Program-made: the position numbers and the translations under genes
NCBI GenBank assembly: GCA_964016885.1
Contig: OZ024759.1
Coordinates: 10,230,001-10,294,000 of the forward strand
Length of the DNA: 64,000 nt
Direction of reading: 5' to 3'
From: Eledone cirrhosa
Lineage: Eukaryota
Shown here: positions 52,125 through 64,000 of the stretch, in pieces
How positions within the stretch are numbered: the stretch's first letter is position 1
Layout of the letters: the number at the start of each line of letters is the position of its first letter
The notes under the pieces: generated by a model
What the model saw: only the letters and a program-made list of their open reading frames with translations
What the model was told of the DNA's origin: nothing
Databases searched by the model: none

Positions 52125-54600
52125 TGTGTGTTATATGCTGTGATTACTATAACAATAACCGTGTGTTATATGCTGTGATTACTATAACAATAACCATGTG
52201 TTATATGAGGTGATTACTATAACAATAACCGTGTGTTATATGCTGTGATTACTATAACAATAACCGTGTGTTATATGCTGTGATTACTATAACAATAACC
52301 GTGTGTTATATGCTGTGATTACTATAACAATAACCGTGTGTTATATGCTGTGATTACTATAACAATAACCGTGTGTTATATGCTGTGATTACTATAACAA
52401 TAACCGTGTGTTATATGCAGTGATTACTATAACAATAACCGCGTGTTATATCCTGTGATTACTATAACAATAACAGCGTGTTATATCCTGTGATTACTAT
52501 AACAATAACCGTGTTATATGCTGAGATTACTATAACAATAACCATGTGTTATATGAGGTGATTACTATAACAATAACCGTGTGTTATCTACAGTGATTAC
52601 TATAATAATAACCGTGTGTTATATGCTGTGATTACTATAACAATAACCGTGTGTTATCTACAGTGATTACTATAACAATAACCGTGTGTTATATGCTGTG
52701 ATTACTATAACAATAACCGTGTGTTATATGCGGTGATTACTATAACAATAACCATGTGTTATATGAGGTGATTACTATAACAATAACCGTGTGTTATATG
52801 CGGTGATTACTATAACAATAACCATGTGTTATATGCTGTGATTACTATAACAATAACTGTGTGTTATATGAGGTGATTACTATAACAATAACCGTGTGTT
52901 ATCTACAGTGATTACTATAACAATAACCGTGTGTTATATGCTGTGATTACTATAACAATAACCGTGTGTTATATGCGGTGATTACTATAACAATAACCGT
53001 GTGTTATATGCTGTGATTACTATAACAATAACCGTGTGTTATATGCTGTGATTACTATAACAATAACCGTGTGTTATATGCTGTGATTACTATAACAATA
53101 ACCGTGTGTTATATGCTGTGATTACTATAACAATAACCGTGTGTTATATGCTGTGATTACTATAACAATAACCGTGTGTTATATGCTGTGATTACTATAA
53201 CAATAACTGTGTGTTATATGAGGTGATTACTATAACAATAACCATGTGTTATAGGCTGTGATTACTATAACAATAACCGTGTGTTATATGCTGTGATTAC
53301 TATAACAATAACCGTGTGTTATATGCTGTGATTACTATAACAATAACCGTGTGTTATATGCTGTGATTACTATAACAATAACCGTGTGTTATATGCTGTG
53401 ATTACTATAACAATAACCGTGTGTTATATGCTGTGATTACTATAACAATAACCGTGTGTTATATGCTGTGATTACTATAACAATAACCGTGTGTTATATG
53501 CTGTGATTACTATAACAATAACCGTGTGTTATATGCTGTGATTACTATAACAATAACCGTGTGTTATATGCTGTGATTACTATAACAATAACTGTGTGTT
53601 ATATGAGGTGATTACTATAACAATAACCATGTGTTATAGGCTGTGATTACTATAACAATAACCGTGTGTTATATGCTGTGATTACTATAACAATAACCGT
53701 GTGTTATATGCTGTGATTACTATAACAATAACCGTGTGTTATATGCTGTGATTACTATAACAATAACCGTGTGTTATATGCTGTGATTACTATAACAATA
53801 ACCGTGTGTTATATGCTGTGATTACTATAACAATAACTGTGTGTTATATGAGGTGATTACTATAACAATAACCATGTGTTATAGGCTGTGATTACTATAA
53901 CAATAACCGTGTGTTATATGCTGTGATTACTATAACAATAACCGTGTGTTATATGCTGTGATTACTATAACAATAACCGTGTGTTATATGCTGTGATTAC
54001 TATAACAATAACCGTGTGTTATATGCTGTGATTACTATAACAATAACCGTGTGTTATATGCTGTGATTACTATAACAATAACCGTGTGTTATATGCTGTG
54101 ATTACTATAACAATAACCATGTGTTATATACGGTGATTACTATAACAATAACCATGTGTTATATGAGGTGATTACTATAACAATAACCGTGTGTTATATG
54201 CTGTGATTACTATAACAATAACCATGTGTTATATGAGGTGATTACTATAACAATAACCGTGTGTTATATACGGTGATTACTATAACAATAACCGTGTGTT
54301 ATATGCGGTGATTACTATAACAATAACCGTGTGTTATCTACAGTGATTACTATAACAATAACCGTGTGTTATATGCGGTGATTACTATAACAATAACCGT
54401 GTGTTATCTACAGTGATTACTATAACAATAACCGTGTGTTATATGCGGTGATTACTATAACAATAACCGTGTGTTATATACGGTGATTACTATAACAATA
54501 ACCATGTGTTATATACGGTGATTACTATAACAATAACCATGTGTTATATGCGGTGATTACTATAACAATAACCGTGTGTTATAGGCTATGATTACTATAA
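52125..54600. repeat. 35-bp satellite (~70 units)
   Basis: gtgtgttatatgctgtgattactataacaataacc. Confidence 0.95.
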
Positions 54601-54696
54601 AAAGTACCAGTAATGTACTGCGGTAATTGCTGGCCCCTTGTGCCAAAAAGTAGAAACGATTATATATTATTCTGTGTATTCTGTGGAATGTTCCAG

Positions 54697-54863
54697 AAAT
54701 ACCAACTAGACCGTATTGCCCTCCACGACAGTAAGAGAGCAACATATGAGAACACCAAGAAATGTGCTGAAAACTACATGTTGTTAGGCCAAACTGACCG
54801 CGCTGTCCAGCTCTTGTTGGAGACTGAGGCCGATAATGATAACTATTATGTGGACAGCTTAAG
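54697..54863 (+). CDS. WDR11: WDR11 exon Q
   Basis: ttccag|AAA..AG|gtgagt; KYQLDRIALHDSKR..LLGQTDRAVQLLLETEADNDNYYVDSLR; phase 0->2. Confidence 0.95.
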
Positions 54864-54879
54864 GTGAGTATTGAGTCCT

Positions 54880-55471
54880 ACTAATACTACTGCTGTTACT
54901 GCTGCTACTACTACTATTACTACTACTGCTACTAGTACTGCTATTATTGCTACTACTATTGCTACTACTACTACTACTACTGCTGTTACTGCTACTACTG
55001 CTACTGCTACTACTGCTGTTACTGCTACTACTACTACTGCTGCTGCTACTACTATTACTGCTGCTACTACTACTACTGCTGTTACTGCTACTACTACTGC
55101 TGCTGCTACTACTACTACTACTAGTACTGCTACTACTACTACTGTTACTGCTGCTACTACTACTACTACTACTGCTGTTACTGTTACTACTGCTACTACT
55201 ACTACTGCTGTTACTGCTACTACTACTGCTGCTGCTACTACTACTACTACTAGTACTGCTACTACTACTACTGTTACTGCTACTACTACTACTACTACTA
55301 CTGCTGTTACTGTTACTACTGCTACTACTACTACTGCTGTTACTGCTACTACTACTGCTGCTGCTACTACTATTACTGCTGCTACTACTACTACTGCTGT
55401 TACTGCTACTACTACTGCTGCTGCTACTACTACTACTACTAGTACTGCTACTACTACTACTGTTACTGCTG

Positions 55472-55507
<36 letters not shown>

Positions 55508-55785
55508 CTGCTACTACTACTACTAGTACTGCTGCTGCTACTACTGTTACTGCTGTTACTGCTACTACTACTACTACTACTACTACTACTGCTACTACTG
55601 CTACTACTACTACTACTGCTACTACTACTGCTGTTATTTCTACTACTACTACTGCTGCTGCTACTACTGTTACTGCTGTTACTGCTACTACTACTAATGC
55701 TACTACTACTACTACTACCACCACTACTACAACTACTGCTGCTACTACTACTAATATTACTACTACCACCACCATTACTACAATT
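54880..55785. repeat. (CTA/CTG)n microsatellite filling intron Q-R
   Basis: Direct reading. Confidence 0.92.
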
Positions 55786-55801
55786 GTTGTTGTCATTTCA
55801 G

Positions 55802-55896
55802 GGCCTGTCTGGTGGCCAGTATAAGGTCATCTGGTGCAAGTCAAAGTACCATCAAGCTAGTAGCCACAAATTTAATTGCGAATGGAAAGTTATCAG
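55802..55896 (+). CDS. WDR11: WDR11 exon R
   Basis: ttcag|G..G|gttagt; ACLVASIRSSGASQSTIKLVATNLIANGKLS; phase 2->1. Confidence 0.95.
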
Positions 55897-55907
55897 GTTA
55901 GTAATGC

Positions 55908-58700
55908 TTCCTCTTCTTCTTGAGAGGGTTGTGGGGATTGTGACGAGCGGGTCTTGGTCAGAAACAACTGTCTACAACTGATCCGGCTGGATCCCCAAGC
56001 AAGACCAGACAAGCTCTTGGATGTTATCCAACCATCTTGCTTGGGGTCTACCCCTGGGTATCCTTACGGTTGGTTTTGCCTGTAAAATCTGTCCAGTCAT
56101 TATTTCCTGAGACATTCTAACCACATGCCCTCCATAGTATTGGAGCTGTGATCTCTCCTCAGACATTCTAACCACATGTCCTCCATAGTATCGGAGCTGT
56201 GATCTCTCCTCAGACATTCTAACCACATGTCCTCCATAGTATCGGAGCTGTGATCTCTCCTCAGACATTCTAACCACATGTCCTCCATAGTATCGGAGCT
56301 GTGATCTCTCCTCAGACATTCTAACCACATGTCCTCCATAGTATCGGAGCTGTGATCTCTCCTCAGACATTCTAACCACATGTCCATAGTATCGGAGCTG
56401 TGATCTCTCCTCAGACATTCTAACCACATCTCCTCCATAGTATCGGAGCTGTGATCTCTCCTCAGACATTCTAACCACATGCCCTCCATAGTATCGGAGC
56501 TGTGATCTCTCCTCAGACATTCTAACCACATCTCCTCCATAGTATCGGAGCTGTGATCTCTCCTCAGACATTCTAACCACATGTCCATAGTATCGGAGCT
56601 GTGATCTCTCCTCAGACATTCTAACCACATCTCCTCCATAGTATTGGAGCTGTGATCTCTCCTCAGACATTCTAACCACATGTCCATAGTATCGGAGCTG
56701 TGATCTCTCCTCAGACATTCTAACCACATCTCCTCCATAGTATCGGAGCTGTGATCTCTCCTCAGACATTCTAACCACATGTCCTCCATAGTATCGGAGC
56801 TGTGATCTCTCCTCAGACATTCTAACCACATGCCCATAGTATTGGAGCTGTGATCTCTCCTCAGACATTCTAACCACATGTCCTCCATAGTATCGGAGCT
56901 GTGATCTCTCCTCAGACATTCTAACCACATGTCCTCCATAGTATTGGAGCTGTGATCTCTCCTCAGACATTCTAACCACATACCCTCCATAGTATCGGAG
57001 CTGTGATCTCTCCTCAGACATTCTAACCACATGTCCTCCATAGTATCGGAGCTGTGATCTCTCCTCAGACATTCTAACCACATGCCCTCCATAGTATCGG
57101 AGCTGTGATCTCTCCTCAGACATTCTAACCACATGCCCTCCATAGTATCGGAGCTGTGATCTCTCCTCAGACATTCTAACCACATGTCCATAGTATCGGA
57201 GCTGTGATCTCTCCTCAGACATTCTAACCACATGTCCTCCATAGTATTGGAGCTGTGATCTCTCCTCAGACATTCTAACTACATGTCCATAGTATTGGAG
57301 CTGTGATCTCTCCTCAGACATTCTAACCACATACCCTCCATAGTATCGGAGCTGTGATCTCTCCTCAGACATTCTAACCACATGTCCTCCATAGTATCGG
57401 AGCTGTGATCTCTCCTCAGACATTCTAACCACATGTCCTCCATAGTATCGGAGCTGTGATCTCTCCTCAGACATTCTAACCACATGTCCTCCATAGTATC
57501 GGAGCTGTGATCTCTCCTCAGACATTCTAACCACATGCCCTCCATAGTATCGGAGCTGTGATCTCTCCTCAGACATTCTAACCACATGCCCATAGTATCG
57601 GAGCTGTGATCTCTCCTCAGACATTCTAACCACATGTCCTCCATAGTATTGGAGCTGTGATCTCTCCTCAGACATTCTAACCACATGTCCTCCATAGTAT
57701 TGGAGCTGTGATCTCTCCTCAGACATTCTAACCACATGTCCTCCATAGTATCGGAGCTGTGATCTCTCCTCAGACATTCTAACCACATGTCCTCCATAGT
57801 ATCGGAGCTGTGATCCCTCCTCAGACATTCTAACCACATGCCCATAGTATTGGAGCTGTGATCTCTCCTCAGACATTCTAACCACATGTCCATAGTATCG
57901 GAGCTGTGATCTCTCCTCAGACATTCTAACTACATCTCCTCCATAGTATTGGAGCTATGATCTCTCCTCAGACATTCTAACCACATGTCCATAGTATTGG
58001 AGCTGTGATCTCTCCTCAGACATTCTAACCACATGTCCTCCATAGTATTGGAGCTGTGATCTCTCCTCAGACATTCTAACCACATGTCCTCCATAGTATC
58101 GGAGCTGTGATCTCTCCTCAGACATTCTAACCACATGTCCATAGTATCGGAGCTGTGATCTCTCCTCAGACATTCTAACCACATGCCCTCTATAGTATCG
58201 GAGCTGTGATCTCTCCTCAGACATTCTAACCACATGTCCTCCATAGTATCGGAGCTGTGATCTCTCAGTTTGGAGAAGTAGCGGCTCTACCTGGAGTGAC
58301 TCTTTGTGACTCTTTGATATTCGAGCTACATACTATTGAGTAACGTTACTCCAAAGCAAGTTAGGCTTTTACCCCTACTTCCCTTCTTCTGATTACCAAA
58401 TGCTGAAGCTGGCACATTATTGCACCAGCTCCTGCAATCTGTGCACTTAATTCAGTCTCCTGCCTTCCATCACTCACGAACACAGCCCCGAGATACTTGA
58501 ACTTCTCTACCTCCTTCAGTCCTACACCACTTACATGTAGAGTGCACTGCGCAGGCTTCCTTGAGAGGACGAGTGTCTCAGTTTTCGCAGCACTGATTTT
58601 TATTCCAGCCATGCAGCACTTGGTATGAAACCTATCAAGTCCAAATCAGCGATCGTTTTCTGTCAAGTTAAGTAATACCATGTCACTTGCGAAATCCAGT
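55908..58700 (-). mobile_element. RTE LINE 3' half with 51/48-bp in-frame array (56105-58266)
   Basis: KISAAKTE..VEKFKYLG, (RSQLRYYGHVVRM)n, PRGRPQARWLD. Confidence 0.88.
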
Positions 58701-58792
58701 CAAATGTTTCTACACATGTCAGTATTAAATGATTTCTGGGTTTTTTAGCCTCTCTTTAATTTTCTCGTTTTTTTTTCTGATTACTCCCTTTG

Positions 58793-58828
<36 letters not shown>

Positions 58829-59089
58829 CATCATCATCATTTCCACGGGTTCTTCTTTTTCTGATACTTACACTTACATATTTTTTTTTTTTTGTTTTTC
58901 TCATTACTTCGCTTCACTGTTTTTCTTGCAATTACCTCCCCTTGCATTTTTCTTTAACATCCTCTTCCATCTTTCTGATTTTACTTCCAGTTGCGCCCCC
59001 CCCCCCTCCACACACACCTAATTTCTTTTGGAACTTTCTTTCATTACCTCCCACCCACCCCTCCATCATCTTCCTCTGATTACCTCCCC

Positions 59090-59690
59090 TTTTTCAAAGA
59101 GCAAGGTCGTTGGGGAGGATACTATTCAGCCTGAGCTGTTAAAAGCCTTAGATAAAGAAGGTATCCTCTGGTTGATTTGTGTATGCCAGGTGGCCTGGAA
59201 CTCTGAAAAGGCACCTAAGCAATAGCAATCAGGAGGGATAATAAGGAGGAGGGGTCTCCTTATTAAGCCTCCCTGGTAAAGTCCATGCTAAGTGTCTGGC
59301 AAAGAGATGCAGGGAGATTGTCAAGTCCAAGCTAGTTGATGAACAGTGTGGTTTATGCCACAGTCACAGCACAGCCGACCAAATATTCACACTACGGCAG
59401 GTATTTGAGCAATCTTGGGAGTATTACCAAGAAATATGTTCTTGTTTTGTCAACCTTGAGAAGGTATATGCCTGCATTCCTCAGGACCTGCTGTGGAGGG
59501 CTGTGCAGGAGTATGAGATCGATGGTCAGCTTCTTGCTGCCCTGATGTCTCTATACAAATCCCCGAGTATTTGTGTTCAGATAAATAGTGCTAAATCAAA
59601 ACCATTTAATGTGTGAGTCAGACTCCACCAAGGGTGCGTACTGTCACCTCTCCTGTTCATTATTTACATGAACAGGATTGACACAGCCTG
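59090..59690 (+). mobile_element. RTE reverse-transcriptase N-terminal half, inverted relative to 55908-58700
   Basis: IQPELLK..SLLSLPGKV..EQCG..STADQIFTLRQVFEQ..FVNLEKVY..HQGCVLSPLLFIIYM; stops present. Confidence 0.85.
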
Positions 59691-60037
59691 ACTAGAATAC
59701 ACAGACTGGTTGGAAGTGGTATCATGACAGAAGGTTGGAATACTCAGCCAGATTGGAATGATATCATCACTGATAATTAATTAATTAATTAATTAATTAA
59801 TTCTTAAATTTTTATTTGTTTTGTTTTTTACCATTAGTTTTTCTTTTTAAATTTGATTATTTATCATTTGAATTATTGTGAAAATAATGAAGAATTTGGT
59901 AGGATTTTTCATTATTAATCTTATGTTTGGAACATAACTTAACAAAGGTTCCTACCTAAAATTATGTTGGAAGGTTTTTGATAAATATAAACACTTTGAG
60001 TTGTGTTATTGTTATTGTTGTTGTTGTTGTTTTACAG

Positions 60038-60135
60038 AGGGAATCCAGCTGCTGTGTTTAATAGATAAAGGTCTCGATGCCTGCCGTTATTTGCAGACTT
60101 ACGGCCACTGGGATGAAGCAGTTTGGCTAGCCAAG
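60038..60135 (+). CDS. WDR11: WDR11 exon S (last in window; gene continues)
   Basis: tttacag|AG..AAG|gtagtc; EGIQLLCLIDKGLDACRYLQTYGHWDEAVWLAK; phase 1->0. Confidence 0.95.
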
Positions 60136-60169
60136 GTAGTCTTTATGTTCTCATGTTATCGTTTTAGTC

Positions 60170-61135
60170 AGCATGTCATAGCTGAATGGTTGAACACTTT
60201 ACTTCACAATCTTTGGTCTCAGGTTCAATCCCACTGTGTGGCATCTAAGGTGTCATTTGTCACAGCCTTGGGTCACAGCATCAGGTCATTTATCACAGCC
60301 TTGGGTCATAGCATTGGGTCATTTATCACAGCCTTGGGTCACAGCATCAGGTCATTTATCACAGCCTTGGGTCACAGCATCAGGTCATTTATCACAGCCT
60401 TGGGTCATAGCATTGGGTCATTTATCACAGCCTTGGGTCACAGCATCAGGTCATTTATCACAGCCTCGGGTCACAGCATCGGGTCATTTATCACAGCCTT
60501 GGGTCACAGCATCGGGTCATTTATCACAGCCTTGGGTCACAGCATCAGGTCATTTATCACAGCCTTGGGTCACAGCATCAGGTCATTTATCACAGCCTCG
60601 GGTCACAGCCACAGGTCACAGCCTCGGGTCACAGCCTCGGGTCACAGCCTCGAGTCATTTATCACAGCCTCGGGTCACAGCCACAGGTCACAGCCTCGGG
60701 TCACAGCCTCGGGTCACAGCCTCAGGTCACAACATCGGGTCATTTATCACAGCCATGGGTCACAGCCTTGGGTCACAGCCTCGGGTCATTTATCACAGCC
60801 TCTGGTCACAGTCTCGGGTTACAGCCTCGGGTCACAGCCTCGGGTCACAGCCTCAGGTCACAACATCGGGTCATTTATCACAGCCATGGGTCACAGCCTC
60901 TGGTCATTTATCACAGCCTTGGGTCACAGCCTTGGGTCACAGCCTCGGGTCATTTATCACAGCCTCTTGTCACAGCCTCGGGTCACAGCCTCTGGTCACA
61001 GCCTCGGGTCACAGCCTCTGGTCACAGCCACGGGTCACAGCCTCGGGTCACAGCCTCTGGTCACAGTCTCGGGCCAAAGCCTCAGCTAAACCAATGCCTT
61101 GTGAGTGACATTGAGGAGACAAAAACTGTACCCGT
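60170..61135 (+). mobile_element. tRNA-derived SINE with internal 33/14-bp array (60255-61075)
   Basis: Head tagctgaatggtt..ggttcaatccc; tail gccttgtgagtg; cacagcctcgggt subunits. Confidence 0.72.
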
Positions 61136-61264
61136 AATTGAAATATGACTTAATATAAAGAGTAATGTACTCATTCACTGAGATTCTATAGAATAGGGTG
61201 AAGACCTTTAAAAGATGGAAAAAAAATTTGTTATCAGCTACTATGGGGAATTGAACCCCTATAT

Positions 61265-62660
61265 ATCATCATCATCGTTTAACGTCCATTTTTCCACTCT
61301 AGCATGGGTTAGATGGGTTGTCTCATTTGAGCCAAGTTGGGTCAGGTGACCATGTCTTGCTCATACAGAACTGTTTCTAGCTTGGTTTCTACAGCTGGAT
61401 GCCATTCCTAACGCTAACCTCATTTACAGTGTGGACTGGGTGCTTTTTGTTGTGACACCTACATGACCACTTTACAGTGTGGACTGGGGGCTTTTTGTCG
61501 TGACACCTACACGACCACTTTACAGTGTGGACTGGGGGCTTTTAGTTGTGACACCTACACGACCACTTTACAGTGTGGACTGGGTGCTTTTTGTTGTGAC
61601 ACCTACACGACCACTTTACAGTGTGGACTGGGGGCTTTTTGTTGTGACACCTACACGACCACTTTACAGTGTGGACTGGGTCCTTTTTGTCGTGACACCT
61701 ACACGACCACTTTACAGTGTGGACTGGGGGCTTTTAGTTGTGACACCTACATGACCACTTTACAGTGTGGACTGGGTGCTTTTTGTTCTGACACCTACAC
61801 GACCACTTTACAGTGTGGACTAGGGGCTTTTTGTCGTGACACCTACACGACCACTTTACAGTGTGGACTGGGGGCTTTTTGTTGTGACACCTACACGACC
61901 ACTTTACAGTGTGGACTGGGTCCTTTTTGTCGTGACACCTACACGACCACTTTACAGTGTGGACTGGGGGCTTTTAGTTGTGACACCTACACGACCACTT
62001 TACAGTGTGGACTGGGGGCTTTTTGTCGTGACACCTACACGACCACTTTACAGTGTGGACTGGGGGCTTTTTGTCGTGACACCTACACGACCACTTTACA
62101 GTGTGGACTGGGGGCTTTTAGTTGTGACACCTACACGACCACTTTACAGTGTGGACTGGGTGCTTTTTGTTGTGACACCTACACGACCACTTTACAGTGT
62201 GGACTGGGGGCTTTTTGTCGTGACACCTACACGACCACTTTACAGTGTGGACTGGGGGCTTTTTGTTGTGACACCTACACGACCACTTTACAGTGTGGAC
62301 TGGGTCCTTTTTGTCGTGACACCTACACGACCACTTTACAGTGTGGACTGGGGGCTTTTTGTCGTGACACCTACACGACCACTTTACAGTGTGGACTGGG
62401 GGCTTTTTGTCGTGACACCTACACGACCACTTTACAGTGTGGACTGGGTCCTTTTTGTCGTGACACCTACACGACCACTTTACAGTGTGGACTGGGTGAT
62501 TTTTGTCATGACACCTACACGACCACTTTACAGTGTGGACTGGGTGCTTTTTGTCGTGACACCTACACGACCACTTTACAGTGTGGACTGGGTGATTTTT
62601 GTCATGACACCTACACGACCACTTTACAGTGTGGACTGGGTGCTTTTTGTCGTGACAAGG
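61265..62660 (-). repeat. 48-bp array (~25 units) inside a SINE/RTE 3' region
   Basis: Same unit as 31355-33240 and 47595-48510; (cat)n tail at 61265. Confidence 0.9.
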
Positions 62661-63404
62661 AAACACTGTTTATGTAGCTTATCTCTCAGATTCTTACAAA
62701 ACTCTGAGAAGATAAAGTTAAAATAAAGAATGATGTGATCATGTGTAAAGTGTGTTATGATGGTGTGACACACCTGTACGAAACGAGAGTAAAACTCAAG
62801 GACATTATTACGTTTTATTCACTAATGTATTATGTTTAAATAATAATTATATTTTTATTCATAGTTGCACAAACAACATTACAGAGGCAATGCTGCCAGT
62901 GGTCTGGCTTACCTCAAAAATCATTAGAGAGGTTGCCCAGTACTCGCGACGTTGCTGTCTTTTGCTCTGGTGTTGGCTCGGTTGTTCACCCCTTCCTTTA
63001 CATTTTCTTTAATATTGCAACATTAAAAGAATATATCTTTCATTGTATCATCCTTTATAGTGTTACTGAAGCATTTATAATGTTATTTATATTTATATTT
63101 AAAACATATTTGTTATGTTATTCTAATGTAAATTTATTTATATGCTCTGTTTATATTTTCATTGTGAAGGAATTGCAAACGATTTGTAATGTTGTTTGTG
63201 CAACTATGAATAAAAAATATTGTTATTATTTAAACCCAAGGTATTCACCAGGTGTACTCTTGAACTACTAACAAGAGACTACAACGAGATTCCGTACACA
63301 CAGTTCCCCTGACAGTTCACTTCAGTTCTTATTTATAGAGTTTCACCTAATCCACTTTTAGTTACGGGGTGGTGTTCAGGGTTTTTCCCCCCACAACAGA
63401 GTGT

Positions 63405-63935
63405 TAAAATGTGGGGGAAAACTGTGTTATAAGACTGTTACATGTGGAGGAAACTGGGTTGTAAGCCCGTTAGATGTGGAGGGAGACTAGGTTGTAAGCC
63501 CGTTAAATGTGGAGGGAAACTAGGTTGTAAGCCCGTTAGATGTGGAGGGAAACTAGGTTGTAAGCCCGTTAGATGTGGAGGGAAACTAGGTTGTAAGCCT
63601 GCTAAATATGGAGGGAAACTGGGTTGTAAGCCCGTTAGATGTGGTGGGAGACTGTGTTGTAAGCCCGTTAGATGTGGTGGGAGACTGTGTTGTAAGCCCG
63701 TTAGATGTGGAGGGAGACTAGGTTGTAAGCCTGCTAAATGTGGAGGGAAACTAGGTTGTAAGCCCGTTAGATGTGGAGGGAGACTAGGTTGTAAGCCTGT
63801 TAGATGTGGAGGGAGACTAGGTTGTAAGCCTGCTAAATGTGGAGGGAAACTAGGTTGTAAGCCCGTTAGATGTGGAGGGAGACTAGGTTGTAAGCCTGTT
63901 ACATGTGGAGGAAACTGGGTTGTAAGCTCATTAAA
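63405..63935. repeat. 33-bp minisatellite (~16 units)
   Basis: atgtggagggagactaggttgtaagcccgttag. Confidence 0.92.
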
Positions 63936-64000
63936 TTGAAAGGACCAGCTATATCAGACTGTGTTATGCTGAATCTCCCTGAGATTTACTTCAAGGATAC

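Noticed and set aside
35935-54600. 34-37-bp arrays (35935-38960, 52125-54600, also 1621-3320) as CRISPR arrays
   Set aside because: Units are contiguous with no unique spacers, there are no cas genes, and the context is a spliced animal gene.
62880-63000. Next WDR11 exon after S
   Set aside because: No frame resembles the expected continuation (..EECADVLRRWVDHL..); it likely lies beyond the window.
111-63939. Long repetitive ORFs (111-1334, 31355-32941, 54846-55981, 61463-62677, 63442-63939 etc.) as mucin- or keratin-associated-like genes
   Set aside because: Each coincides with an intronic tandem repeat whose unit is a multiple of 3; often open in several frames and on both strands; no splice or start context.

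Overview
Eukaryotic (animal) genomic DNA, very probably an octopus/cephalopod judging from the tRNA-derived CORE- and Nin-domain SINEs, RTE LINEs with (GAT)n tails and dense microsatellites. The whole window lies inside one + strand gene, WDR11. I traced 19 consecutive GT-AG exons from 1445 to 60135. Their phases chain without a break into 2580 nt / 860 aa of open frame that follows the WDR11 sequence as I recall it; the 5' and 3' ends lie outside the window. The introns are almost entirely SINEs, RTE fragments, non-autonomous hAT, piggyBac and Helitron elements, Penelope-like remnants, a broken Tigger/pogo transposase and about 25 tandem arrays, most grown inside a transposon. The long low-complexity ORFs in the track are repeat artefacts. 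Most notable: (1) Penelope-type hammerhead ribozymes, best conserved antisense to the gene; (2) a partial duplicate of a WDR11 exon fused to the Tigger element; (3) tandem arrays built from the gene's own splice sites; (4) two RTE insertions with twin-priming-type 5' inversions; (5) inverted repeat pairs around exons. Nothing here demonstrates a wholly new system. All calls are by eye, and TE boundaries are approximate unless a TSD is quoted.
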